Assembly: GCA_030324005.1 (NCBI GenBank)
Contig: JARDVH010000110.1
Span: forward strand, 31,928,740 to 31,992,739
Origin: Negaprion brevirostris
Lineage: Eukaryota
DNA: 64,000 bases
Direction of reading: 5' to 3'
Below the pieces are notes generated by a model. The model saw nothing but the letters and a program-made list of their open reading frames with translations, was not told the origin of the DNA and did no database searches. How positions within the stretch are numbered: position 1 is the stretch's first letter; each line of letters opens with the position of its first letter. Positions 35,001 through 48,957 of this stretch are shown piece after piece. The translations under genes and the position numbers were made by a program.

Positions 35001-37037
35001 AGTTATGTCCATAGTGCAGCCTGAGTGAGTGAACCTGGAGGAGATGGCAAGGTATGGGGAATATAAATGGACATGGTATGGAAGAGAATGGAGGGGGCAT
35101 GATGTTGGTAGGTGGGAATGAGACCTGTGGGTAGGTAATGTCCCAGAAAATGGAGGTGGCCTTTCAAACCTGCCTGCCTCATTGTCAGCCCAACTTTCTT
35201 TCCACCTCAGGCCTACTGTGGGAAGCCATAGCCTCGCTGACCCATTTCTGCCACCCTGCCATGAAGATAGTGGGGGCAGGTCCAGCCACAGCTGTCAGGA
35301 AATGTCCTGACTCTTGATTTCCAACTCAGAAGAGAAAAATTAAACCTATGTTTCAGATCAGTGACTTGCCATCAGAAATGGAAGAAAGTTGGAGATGTGT
35401 AACTTTTTAAAAAGTTACAGGAGGAGGCAAGAAAAAAAAGGGGCAGGTTTGGGATGGGGAGGAAGACAGGGAAGGCTCAACGACAAAAGGGAAGGTCTAA
35501 TGGCCTGCAGCCCATTAACACACCTTGAAGCATGAGGTTGCTGCAGGACCGACCGTGTCAGTGAGGATATGTTCACCTCTGACTCTTCAGATGATGGGAC
35601 AAGAAGCCATGCCATCCTAAAAACCCTGGCCCCCGGGTCACGGCTAATTGTCAGTGGACAATATATACAAACAATTTAAAGGAGCTACAAAATAATTAAC
35701 TTTGTTTAGAATGACAGAGAAACAGGACTCTCTTAAACTATCCATAGCTTTGAACTTGCTTGTTTTGTATGCATTAAAGTTACAATTACTCAAAGGTTAT
35801 ATCTTGTACTTATTGAGAAGTTCAGTTGATTTACCTCAGACTGTAGCTCTATAAAGTAAAACAGGCACATACTTGAAACCGTTTGAACCAACAAGCCCAT
35901 TTTTGATAATCTGAAGTCCAACTGCCAATTTATTACCAAGTCCCTCAATTGTATCTGTGTGCCTCTCCCCCTCTCTCCAGGAACACATCTAGTTGTCTCT
36001 CAAAGACCTTCTCTATTAATTCATCTTGAAATCCCATTAATTTATTTTCTTTTTCCTAACTTTATTTTTAATTTGCATCTCTTGATATTTGAACCTTTAA
36101 CTTTTAAAAGTTGGTCACACTGCTGGAAAAGTGACAATATGCTGTTGTATAAAATGCTGCATAAAATTCCAGATATACAAATCATTTTGCCATTATTCAC
36201 CAATCAGGATAGAAGTGAGAGGGTAATTGTTTTGTTACTTATTGTTTTGTAAACTTATTTCTTGAGAATAATTATTCTTCAAACTCATCGCTGAGAGACC
36301 TCGTCACTATTATACCCCTTAACAACAGAATCTGAGTGTAACAACTTCTTTAAGCCATTTCCTCTTCAACATTATAAATGATCTAATTTATTACTGCAAC
36401 TTCTCTATGTTAGATGTTCTATTCTATGCTGAACAATTTTAACCTTTTATTTTATCTCCTTTTTTAAAGCACCTTTTTGCTTATGGCTGAATGGAAAAGC
36501 AATGTTCTTGATTCTTGAGATTCTTTTAATCTAGGATTTATATAATTTCCTGCTTTGGTTCTGTAAGATAGGCAACTATTTTATTCCTGTAAGATGCTAT
36601 CTCACATAAGCTCCCTGCTTAGATAAAATTGGGAATTTAACCGGCATGCAATTCTGATGGTTTACCCAGGGTCAGACGTTAAATTTATGCCCACTTGAAA
36701 GTATCAGCAAGTGAAGCAAATGCCCAGAATAAGGGCATGATGGATGTTGTGTTTTTGTAAACAACTGTCAGAATGTTGTGGCAAATCAGACCTTTATATC
36801 ACATGTCTGGTAAACGAACAACTTGGTTATTCATCTGTGTGCTTTTCACATGCTATTACTTAATTGGCCTCTAAATGTCAATGTTCATTGTATAAACATA
36901 TGATAAAAGACAACCATTATCATAAACTGTGTGTCTTGAACTAGTTGTCTGGAATGATACACAAATTGCACTGTTTTATTGTATTGACGCATTGGTAATG
37001 GCATCGTAGTCATTTATTTAATTAATTCACCTAATCA

Positions 37038-37275
37038 CCAGGTTTGATTCCTGGCTTGGGTCACTGTCAGTATGGAGTTTGCATGTTCTGTCCATGTCTG
37101 TGTGGGTTTCCTCTGGCTGCTCCCATTTCCTCCCACATTCTGAAAGACGTGCTGGTTAGGTGCATTGACCCGAACAGGCACCAGACTGTGGCAAAGAGGG
37201 GAATTTCACAGTAACTTCATTGCAGTGCTAATGTAAACCTTACTTGTGACTAATAAATAAACTTTACTTAACTTA
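37038..37275 (+). mobile_element. V-SINE with alternative tail, 5' truncated
   Basis: Same family as 7607-7885. Confidence 0.85.
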
Positions 37276-37924
37276 CTTTTAATCAATGCCTCAAGTCTTA
37301 TCATTTAGTTGCTTTGATGTTATGGCCAAAAAACTGTTCTGGAACATCTGATTAAAAGATTTTTTAAAAATTTTGTGCTTAAGGGTATGCAGCAGTCTTT
37401 TATTCAGACATAATTGAGACTAATTTTAACTTTAATGGAAAGGTGGGGTGCATAACAGGCGGTTAGTCCCCTATGGTAGGGACAGTTAAAATTTTCCAAA
37501 TAAATTTGTACACTTTTTAATCATTTGCAAAAAGATTGGAATTACACAGAATCGGAGGAGGAGAAGGGTGGACAATGGAAATGTTCGTTGACTTCAGGTG
37601 GGAAGTTCCGGCCTTGCTTGATCAAGGCCATAAAAGCAATTGTTGTCATTGTGCTAAGGTATACGTAAAACAATATGAGAGTAATTTTACTACATTACTT
37701 CATGATACACACTGATTCCTTTATTAGGCAATTGTTATCAGCGTTTTGTGACTAAACAATACTGTACAAATCAAAGAAATGGCCTGGTCTAATGTACTTT
37801 TAATTCCATTGGCTGAATGCATCACTTCTATGTGTCACTTCACAAAAATTAAGTATCATATTGCTTCTGTTGAAATAAGTCATAACCTATTTGTAGTTAA
37901 GTAATGGTAACTATTACTAGAACC

Positions 37925-38500
37925 TCAGGATCTGAACGCCATCACCAAGTTTGTGGTTTACTGGGTAGCTATGATCTCTGCACTGCTACATGCTTCAGAA
38001 ATTTGGACAACCTACAGCAGGAAACTCAAAACACTCGAGATATACCACCAGCAGGGCCTTCACAAGACCCTTGTCAATGGCTAATGACAGTCTCCTCTTC
38101 CAAGACAACCTTCTTGGCATCATTGTGTGAATCATTCAAAACTAGTTCCGCTAGGTGGGACATGTAGTTTATATGCCTGATACCAGATACCCCAAGCAAT
38201 TGCTCTCCTCAAAAGCAGAAGACTCCCAGGTAGACAGTTGAAATGCTCAAACATCCCCGCTGACTCATGGGAGTCTCTAGGTTGTGACTGACCAAAATGG
38301 TGAAGGTTCATTCAGGAAGGCATTCAAAGCGTCAAAAGACTTAATCGGGAATGTGCAGAAGTTAATCCATTAACCCAAGTACCTGCTCTGCATGTGGCAG
38401 AATCTATAGGCCATGCATTGGACATTTCAGCCATTCCTGAACTCAGCAAACCGGAGTAGTTGCAAGTCGTCATTAATCATGAGGGATTGCCCCTAAGAAG
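37925..38500 (+). mobile_element. decayed RTE-clade LINE 3' end
   Basis: ASEIWTTYSRKLKTLEIYHQ, then RW.GHV / MPD.R.PKQLL / DSWESL remnants, ending in TAAGAAG. Confidence 0.75.
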
Positions 38501-38516
38501 ATTACTTGAATATATT

Positions 38517-39341
38517 GGGGGGATCTTGAGTCCACACTCGTAGTCCGTGCCAATGCCGGCATGGGCTTAAGTTCTGAAAGCCCGAAGATCTCGACGATAA
38601 GATTGTGATTTCAGATCTTCTCCACCTTTTGCAGGCAATGTAATCAGCCTCATTTCCATAAATTTAAATCTTGTTAACCAGCCGCCTTTGCTGTATATTG
38701 ACACCAAGCTGACATGATGTTGGTGAAGTTTGCAACTGGTTCACCTAGAAGTGAACTTGTCGCAGGGGTCTGTCCGGGCATAAAAGTAAGTATAACCTAC
38801 GGGGTTACTGACCAGGCATGGCCTTGCACTGCCCCTTGGGCCTGGTGCCAACCTGGCAGTGCCACTCTGTGCCAAAGGGTGGGTCCTAGTAGGAGCCTCA
38901 TAGTGGAGGGGTGAGGATGAAGTTGTATGTGGTGGTGGCTGAGAGCAGGAGGAGGAGCTGGAGATATGTGTGTTGGGGGGTGCAATGGTCAGGTGTGGGG
39001 AGTTTGTGGGGAAGGGCCGATGATCAGGGTGGCGATGGAGAAGTGCTGACTCCGCACAGGAGTGCGAAGGGGAGCCCCTGACACCTCTGTGGTGGCCTGG
39101 ATGGGAGGATCATTCAACTCCTGATTAGGATGTCCTTTAAACTTGGTACCCAATCTCTGGCAGCGGTACCCAATCTTTGGCAGCAGCACCCCATCAACCC
39201 CTGTCCTCCCTCTTCATGACAGCATTAAACACACACCCTTGATTTTTTTTTTAGGCACAGTGTCCTAAGATCTGGAGGGAAAACCGACTTGTTTCTCTTG
39301 CCAGAAACAACACACTACCATTTTTTGAAAAGATTCTCCCC
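38517..39341. mobile_element. non-autonomous DNA transposon (Harbinger-like)
   Basis: Ends GGGGGGATCTT / AAGATTCTCCCC; GC-rich interior. Confidence 0.45.
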
Positions 39342-40852
39342 ATCATTGGAAAGCTGCACCCAACGAACATTAGACAGAACAATTCTCTTTTTCCTAATAA
39401 ATAAGACAAAAAACAATTTGTATTCAAAAATAATAGTACATCAGTGTGTAATTGTAAATGGCTAATGCTTACATAGGTACGTGTAAGTATTCAGATAGAG
39501 CATTTAAAAGAAAGCTTTTGCTTGTTTCTTCAAATCCCATTTTATTATATTCGAAAAGCAAACAAAGGCAGGCTGGAGATTCTATTTATGTTGAACTTTT
39601 GGGAGATATGTCTTTATTGAGGACGTTTGTTCAGACTCATGAAACTGAGGATTTATAAAGCCCGTGCCGTGAGAGGAAACAGCAGCTGTCAGTGAAGCCC
39701 AACCTTTGTCATATACAAAACCAGACGTAGTAAATCTCAGCACCAAGAAAGGAAATGCTTTACTCTTCGACTGCCCAGGAGTTCATGTTATTCTTAATTC
39801 CAGTCCCCCATTCCAGACCTCTTCACTGCTTTCCCACAGTTCACATGTGTGTACTGTTTGTGAAATGGGGGCTGGGATATGTCTTTATCGTGGCAATAAT
39901 ATTGTGTGAATAGACGCGACAAAGACTTTTCTGCCTGAACTATTGTGCACATTATTTTAAAATTATCTTGGTAAATCTATTCCTATTAAATAAATAAATT
40001 TTCTGTAGAAAAGATGTGATTACTTATGGAAAGCATGAAAAAGTAATACACTTTGTTCAGTTTTATTACAAGATTTAAACTAGTTCAATTAGTTAAGAGC
40101 CACTTCGGCTGAAAGTTTATAAGAACACAAAAATCTAATTTACAATTAAAATATTTAAGCTCACGAGGAGACACTATGTTTTGGTAGATTTACCTTGATT
40201 TATTATGAAGGTGAGAAAAAAACAAACACTTAACTCATTAGTTTCTTATTAAATCAATTCTGCTTCTGATACAAGTGTCATTGAAAAATGAATCTTTATT
40301 CTATTTATGGTGTAATGTCATCTTCAATCTACAAAGTATATTGGAAGTATTTGTATATTTAATAATCTTGTATCTAGAAGTTAATGATAAATGTTCATGT
40401 TCCTTTGAAAGATCTTAATTATAAATGAAATAATTTCAAATATAAATGTTCTACTTTTCAGATCACAGTATTATTATTCGGCCGGTACACAGAAGGATTG
40501 ATCAGCAATAGCAGATTCTACATATGTTTGCAAGGGCTGGCTATAGTTTGAAGGTACAACTTTAAGCCTGATAAACTATCTATTATAAAATCATTTCAGT
40601 TACTGTGAAAGTCTCATTCTCATTTAAATGCAATTACCTTCGATAATTAGGAATGACATTCCCTGTTTCTCAGAGGAAACCGTTCCAAGATTTCGAGCAC
40701 ACTCACTGCAAACAGATTGGACACACCTAATTGGCCAACTATACATCAACCATAGCCAAACTGGATATAGATTCATTGTAAACTTAATGTTTTGATGAGT
40801 ATTGTTAATTGCTTTAGTTACTCTGCATAATCTTAGAGTCACTGTCTGTTAT

Positions 40853-41135
40853 TAAAGTTTACTATTTATTAGTGTCACAAGTAGGCTTACATTAACACTG
40901 CAATGAAGTTACTGTGAAAATCCTCCCAGTCGCCACACTGCAGTGCCTGTTTGGGTATACGGAGGGAGAATTTAGCACCTAACCAGCATGTCTTTCAGAC
41001 TATGGAAGGAAGCTGGAGCACCAGGGGAACCCATGCAGACATGGGAAGAACATGCAGATTCCACACAGTGACCCAAGCTGGGAATCGAGCCCAGATCACT
41101 GGCGCTTTGAGGCGGCATGCAAACCACTGTGCCAT
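40853..41135 (-). mobile_element. V-SINE with alternative tail
   Basis: Closely similar to 8806-9100. Confidence 0.85.
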
Positions 41136-44100
41136 GTGCACTATCTGAAGAGCGACATGTCAATATCTAACAAATCTCTTGCAATAACCTCAATTTATTG
41201 ATACTCAAGTTTGCTCTTTTTTAAATTAATACTTACCAGAAGCTGAATCCATTCAGTGTGTGATAAAGCCATATGAATGATACTATAATAAATGAGCAAT
41301 GAAGTGGAAAGATCTTTCAAGCTAATGATACCAAACAAAATCCATACTTTTCCAATCAATTCAACTTAAAATAAGAGAGTGTTTGCTATTCATTTAAATG
41401 TTAATTATTTTTGCAAGATAGATGAATGTTTTATTAGTATTAGATAATTTATTGGGCAGTAAAATGATGGCTTAAAGATATGTAGATCATTAAAAAAGTG
41501 TTTCACAAGCAACCAACAGCCATAATGTTGAAAATATACATTTTCATATAGTAACACGAAAATAAGGAGAAGGAATTTTTGGATATGGGGGGAAGTTAGA
41601 GAAGACATTTTCACTGCTTTTGAAACCGCCAAAATTTCCTATGATTTCATCATAGTTCAGTTAGAATAGAGAATATGTTTCATGTGAAATCTTTTTGATC
41701 ATGAGACTCATAAACTACATCACTGTGTTGTACTTAAATCACTTTTTAATGTGTTATTCTGCTCTGCCAATATCAATTATATCTAGAGTTCTTAATCCCA
41801 GAAGAGACAGCACAAAAATGTTGAGCTGGTAAATGGCCAACGTTCATTTTTGTTGCAAACAACTTTAAACCTTCATTAACAATTGAGATAAAACATTTCT
41901 TAAAGCTCGAGGTAGCTTTTCACAACCAGCTGCACGGATGGAAGATAATCCTTCCTCATATATTTCCTTCCTCATTAACTCAACATAAATGAGGCTATGG
42001 ATCAAAGGATCTCCAGACTACCTGCAATTTCTAATGAATGTATTTGTCATCCCTCAGATGTGTTGGCTTGTTTTTTTTCCCCAACTTAAAATTAGAGTAT
42101 TTCCAACACCACTCTCAAGTTAGACAAAGAGCATTGCTGAATTTTTGCAACAACGGAGAAAACCTCCAGCATATCCCAAATGGCATTGAATGCCCAATCC
42201 CAGAAATCCCACCCTGAACCAGGCACCTGCATTTTCACCAGGGGTGCAGAGTTGGTGGGAAGGGGGGGATGGCTGGTATTTTGTACATCCATGGTTCATG
42301 GAGGCAGCAGTACGTGTTAAAGTAGGGGAGGGGGTGGGAGCATGAAGTTGTATGGATTGGCATGGATAGTGCACAGTACCTATGTGGTGGGTGAGGGCTT
42401 TTTTTTTCAGATTATTTTGCAGCTGGGATAAAGTGCTGGTTCACTTAATCCCAGCCTATTGCCCTATCTGCCTCAACACTGAGTGGAGTGTTTGAAGACA
42501 GCGGGCATGAATACTTTGGACACCTGCCTCCACCCGCCTCCCGCCCTCCCCACCCCCCACATCTCCAACCTCTCCTCTCAATGGAATGAAAATTAGGCCA
42601 TTTTCTTCTTAGTTAGCTTTCTGAGGGAGTTTTCCCAACTCTGCTCCTGGGTGAAATATCAGCCCCATATGTGTGCACTTCTATATCTAAGATTGTCAAG
42701 TAAAGAAAACCCACAGCCTAGAGGATTTATTCAGTTGTCATGAAGCACATTCCTTTGTATAACTTACAAGATGACATAGTATGTTAAAATCCAGATAACC
42801 GGACTGTGAAGAATAGGAAACTGGGACTAAGCTCTTATTTAGAGAAACACAAGTTAAATACCATGCACCTCCAAATACACTTTCAGCCTGCCACTAAGTA
42901 TATGAGCAATGGTGAGACCCTAGTTAATTCTGAATGCTACTATACGCAATTGAGGTACAATAAATGCAGAAGGCTAAACCTCTAAGAATTATCCGACAAG
43001 TGAGCTGTAGAAATACATTTCTATTTCAAATTTACTACTCTAATTTACTAGATTACCTTAATTTCTCAGAGCAGGCTTAGGAATCATTGGAAAGTCTGAC
43101 AAGTGAATTTAAGAGATGAGGTTGAAGGAGCAGGGACCTTAAATCTTGCAACCCTTAGGCAGGGTGCGCACATCCAAAGCAAATGATAGTGCGGTGGTGA
43201 ATGATAAATTTATCTCTGCCCATGGTAAATCAGCACAGTCAGTGTTAAATAACTAACATTGTTACTGTTATTTGGGTGGATCATGTAGCAATCTAGTTTT
43301 TCTTTTCTCTGGAGGTACAAGGGAGTTTCAATGCTTTGCACCTTCTAATTTAGATCTACCAAGAAAAGTGAAAGACTCATAACTCATATGCTATATCACA
43401 TGTGATTTCTAACTCTGTTAGACAATTAGGGGAACACCAACAAATTACCATTCCAGAGAAAGTTTATTCTTTCCTATTTATGGCTTGTCATCTTTGGATG
43501 AAAATTAAGCAACTCTTTAAAGAAATTCTGAAATACTGCATATTGTTCCAACAGGTAAGCAAAATCTTGTTAGATGACTTTTTAAAAAAATTACAAAGAC
43601 AATCAAAGCAATGTTCACAGCCACACATGTTGTTAATGTGACTCACTCTGCATCCATGTAACATGCATGTGTAACAAAACTGAGGATTTTGTCTGTGACA
43701 TTTCAGCTGCACAGGAAAACAAATCTTTGGTCATTCGTTTGACCGATGACTGGGTCAAATTGGCGATCACCAAGGGAGTTAGGGTAAGTGTCAGGCTGGA
43801 AATGAGATCCTGGTAGGAGGAGAGAACTAGCATAAAACAATTACTGGAACTGAACACCTAAGTTTTAACTCAGAATGAATGCACCTTAAGACAGCACTCT
43901 AGTTATCATATTGGTCCAAATTTCAAATGACTTTTGTTCATATGGTAGCTTAAAAAAGTCATGAAAGATTTGGGGCACGTCTGATATATACTTTTGACTA
44001 TAAAAAGCAGAATGTTGAGTGCTATCTCACTGTATAAAACTGATGAATGTCATATAACAATAAAGTTCTTAAAGAAAGTTCATCTTATCAACAAATTGAG

Positions 44101-46309
44101 CTGCTTTGATTATGACAGACAGGCCCAAACATTTCTTATGATAAGTATGGAATAATAGTTTGGAGGAATACTTTGGCTTTGTGCTGATTTTCCATCTCTA
44201 AGTCAGAAAGTAAGAGGTTAAAACCCCACTACAGAAAGGCCTGAGTAAAGGCTAGAATCTCATCTCTAAATACTGAGTTTATTTCCAGGTTCAGGTGGAG
44301 TAACTAACTCAATGGGGTTATTCCCATCTTGGTATACAGCTCCCATTCCAGACAGAATTGACTAGTGGACACTGGAGTGCTGGCTGTTCGGGGTGAGTAC
44401 ATGATGCCTGTGGGTGCAGGTGGTCATCCCATGTAAAGGGCAGAGCTTCGGTTTTCATTGTGGCTTGCATTGGGGAGGTTGCTGCAAAGATAATCTGCTA
44501 AGTGGCTCAAGACTCTCAAATCTAAGGTTTGAGTTAGCATCAGCTGTGGGGCAGAACACAAGGCATGGTCAAAATAACAAATTATTGTAAGATTCAGCTG
44601 TATGATGTCTAAATATAAATATTTGGTATTCATTGAAAGTAGGCTGCAATAATGTTTAGTCAAATGTGTGAATTTTAAAGTGAACCATGGATATAATCCT
44701 CGCTTACAGATCTGAGAAATATCATTTTTCAAATATTTGATCTGAGATTTCCCATTAGATATTCTTTCCTGAAGCATTTTACATCATTGAGTTATGCAAC
44801 CTGATTTAAAATATTACAATCTGGCCTCAATTACATCAAGAAGGAGTAACATCTAGTTATGTTTGTTTCTTCCTGAGGCATCCATTTTGATGTAAATACC
44901 AGAGTTTGTTCTCCATGGTGAATTATTGCTTTAACAGTGGATGCTTTTCTACATGACTTTAAACCTTGTGCTTAGTCTGTTGGCCTGCTAACGAGACTTT
45001 CTATAAGATTTTGCACAGCAAATACTAACTACTTCATGGTAAAGTAAAAGCATAGATATGTAGATTGACACTTTCATAAGTTGTCCCAATCTAATAACTC
45101 ACAAAAACAGTTGGTAATAAAGACTAAATAATGTATTCTAGTATTTACTAACCCATTTTCCTGAATGCTTTCAGTGTCAGCTACGCAACTTAGGGTCGAA
45201 GTTTTCATTTTACAAAAAGAATTGTGATATATTCTGAGAACAGTCTGGAATTGGAGGAAAAAGTCAAGCCATGAAGTAGCAAACCCATANNNNNNNNNNN
45301 NNNNNNNNNNNNNNNNNNNNNNNNNNNNNNNNNNNNNNNNNNNNNNNNNNNNNNNNNNNNNNNNNNNNNNNNNNNNNNNNNNNNNNNNNTCCAACAAAGA
45401 CACTTGATTGGCTGTATATCATAACTAGTAGGATTCTGTCTGTGCATTACATAATTTATACATAATATATTCATGAAGGCAAAATTTTCCCACTGGCTAG
45501 TGTCCTCATAGTAACTAGTCAGACACGAAACACTCCTTATGCAACTACAAATTCAAAATTGCATCCTACGCCTACACACAAGTGACTAGTAGTAAAGCAG
45601 AGTGCTCGGAATGTTAAATTCCCTGTGCAGCTTGGAGTGTGTTTTTGATCAGGTAACATCTGCAAGATGTTTCATTTTGAAAATAACTCCAGCGCTGAAA
45701 ATGATAAAGTCAAATTTTAAGCCAAATAATTTACGTTCAAAGATCTTCATTTGTGTTCCTTACTGAATTCATTTATCAATTTCCCAATCAGAGTCAATCT
45801 GTCAACTTGAAATGTACTAGCTGGAAATTTGCATTGAAATTTCTCCTGCATAACTGCAATTACTTGTTTTGCATACAGTTAATACATCCAGATACAGTTT
45901 ATCAAGTTTTGATCCTCGATAAACACATTCCTTTTCATTTACTTATTGTTTCCAAGCCCCAGTTTCCCTTCCTTAAATAGTAATTATAACGGTAACTATT
46001 TTTTAAACACACAATCTGCTTATAAATAACATTTTTGGCTAACAAGGCTGCAGAGTACATGCCTAAATAAGTAACAAATTATTATTTAATTCCCTTTTAT
46101 GTTCATTAAATCAGGATCAAATCATTCACTGTTCTAATTTATAAGACATAGAAAGAGTGCAAATTATTTTGCAACAAAATAGATTATACAAAATGCAATA
46201 AAAAGTCTGGTTCTGATATTAAGGCTGAATATTGATGATCTCATACAAAGTTTAATGTTAACTTAAAATACCATTACTTTTTTTTCCATTCTCCGAAAGA
46301 AAATCAGTT

Positions 46310-46319
46310 CCATATATGG
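46310..46319. promoter_or_regulatory. CArG box (SRF site) CCATATATGG
   Basis: Perfect palindromic CC(A/T)6GG in non-repetitive DNA ~19.8 kb upstream of miR-143. The cluster is a known SRF/myocardin target. Function is inferred. Confidence 0.45.
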
Positions 46320-47684
46320 TAAAAGCCAGTTTCCAGTAACTGTGATTCAGAGTGCCTTAATCATGTTATTGGAAACATGCCAAAAGATCTAAGGAATTTG
46401 TGGTTTTTGCTGGGATAAATTAGAATACCACGACTTGTAAAGGGTATAACATGTTAAACTTAAAAAGCTCAGTCTAACTTTGAAACGTTTCTCTGCAAGG
46501 GGTCAAAATGATACCTTTGCTTTGGGCATTTTTCCCCCCTCATTTAAGCTTTCCTGAGAAATGGTAGGACTGGATTCATTCAAAAACTGCTCTGCATCCA
46601 GGCAGTTTGGCCAAAATGAATTTAGCACTTGGAACTGCAAAATGAACAATAAAAAAAACTAAACTCTTTTGCCCATCCCGGGACTGCAGTAGAAATGTCC
46701 ATGGGTATAATACAGGCACCGTTTAAATGTTTGTTTCTGATGACTTACATGGCAACTTTTTTTTCTCTGTTTGATTAAGTGAAAATTAGCAAACACCAAA
46801 AGAACTTGTGAAACACTGTGCTTCATGAGAACACAATTTTGTAAGGGAACGAGAAAACACTGAGGTAAATCTTGATTTCAAGCATATCATATGAAAGGGC
46901 AGATATCAGCACACTTTACAGTACTGCCGACTTTTAAAAACTGGGATCGATGTAAGACAGGCTTCTGACTCATTAAAACATGATTAACACAATTGCATAA
47001 AATTGACCTACCCCACAAAGTCAAATACAAACATATCCATCATAATGATGCTTTAATAATAAGACATAGCTAATAGAACTGATCTAAACGTTGAAAAGCT
47101 TGTTAAGAAAACTGTGAAAAATTAATTGAAAATTGCCCAGTTTAAAAAGGCCAGTTTACCAATCAGTCACTGGGCATGCTGTTTGGCTGAGGTTGAGTAG
47201 TGCTCAGTGAAACAAAGAAGCCAAGTAATTTGCCTCAGAAAAAGTCATCAAAGGCCCAGTGACTGGAGAACCTAGTGAGAGGTCCAGCAGACATTCCATG
47301 TTTTCTTTCAAGAAAGCAAGGCAACATAAGATACAACTGAAATTAAAAAAAAATTACACTGATCTAGAGAGATGTTACAGGGACGTAATAAGATAATCAA
47401 CATTAAAGTGTCAATTATATGCAAATACATCATGCATACTACGATAGTAGATAATTAGGGATTTCCATCAGACAGATCTCGCTTCTGTAGTTTAAAAGAC
47501 CAACAGGCAGCAGCTGCTGTACTCTCTATCCAATAATGAATGCATTACCTTTGAAAGAATAGCTTATTTCGGAAGGAAAGTCTAGACAACATTGGAATAG
47601 TGGTGATTAGAGGTGCGAAGAATCATTGGCACACACCATATTAATCATTCTATGCTTCTGAAGTTGTATGTTATTTTAACCTTT

Positions 47685-48050
47685 GGGGCATAGTGGTTAT
47701 GTTATTGGACTAGTGATCTAGAGATTTGGACTATTGATCCAGTAACATGAATTGAAATCCCACTACAGCAGCTGGGGAATTTTAAATTCAATTAATTAAA
47801 AATAAACCTGGAAGAAATAGTTGGTGTCAATAATGGTTACCATGATACTGCTGAATTGTTTCAAAAACCACTCTCTTTCACTACTGTCCTTTCAGAAAGA
47901 AAATCTGTTGTCCTTTCACAGACTCGGAGCAATATGGCTGACTCTTAACTATCCTCTGAAATGGCCTTACGAGCGCTCCGTTGTGAAGAGATAGGCAATA
48001 AATGTTAGCATTACCAGCAACACTTGATTCCTATGAATCAATAAAAAAAG
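47685..48050 (+). mobile_element. tRNA-derived SINE (second family), older copy
   Basis: Homologous to 19648-20002. Confidence 0.7.
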
Positions 48051-48194
48051 ACATATTTGTCCTAGTTATGACAAACCCACATCTATCAGGGTACTGTAAA
48101 ATTTATTCTTATAATTCAATCTCTCTCGACAAAGCAAGTGTTTTCACTGATCCACGATTAGCCATCAGCAGCTCTTTCATATAATACTGGTGTT

Positions 48195-48957
48195 AAATGT
48201 AAGCCCTCTCAGAGGTCCAGAGAGGCCTGGGCCACTTCCAGCTTTTGAAACCCCTAGCCATAATAAAAAAAAATGAAGATACATGAAAAAAAGATACCAG
48301 AAAAAAGGAGAGACAATTTGACTTTTTTTAAAATTTAATAAATACAGTTTTAACCTTTTTCTGTGCAAAGACACAAATTATTGAGGAAAGAAATCTAGTT
48401 TTTGTGCAATGTCACAGTTGATATTAAGCATGGTGAGACTGTTCAAATGATCTTGTCCCATAGTTGAGTGGAGATAGTTGTTTATCTGCTTCCATGCATT
48501 GAAAGTGTATTTACCTGAAACCGCTGATACAGGCAAACTGATAATAAAAAATAGTATGCACTGCAGTTGTGATATTAGGAAACACCCAAAAACATCCAAG
48601 TTCAAGTATTTCTTGAAGCAATTCCCTCAACATGTGATCCAGAGCAGTGTGTTTTCATTCTTAGGACTAACTATCCAGAATAGTACGACAGCTGTGACCT
48701 AGCTCTGCTCTCTTAATGTATGCATGTACTTACACACTCCTTCATGCGCCAGTAGGATAGGCTGTGCAGTCACTGCCTGATGTACAATATGGAACAGCAA
48801 AACATTTTCTTTTCCTAAATTATTTCATTATGCATATAAAAACAGGTTACGAAAATTATCAAATGCCAAAAATTAACAGGTGTCTAAATTTGAGGCTCCC
48901 TCTAAGCTTGACGTCCAGGCCAAATAACTCTCCGTGCTCCCTTCCCTCCCAATCCCT
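48195..48957 (-). mobile_element. hAT transposon relic (C-terminal dimerisation domain)
   Basis: ORF 48378-48605 ISLPVSAVSGKYTFNAWKQINNYLHSTMGQDHLNSLTMLNI resembles the hATC motif 'TLPVSVASGERSFSKLKLIKNYLRSTMGQERL'. Confidence 0.8.
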
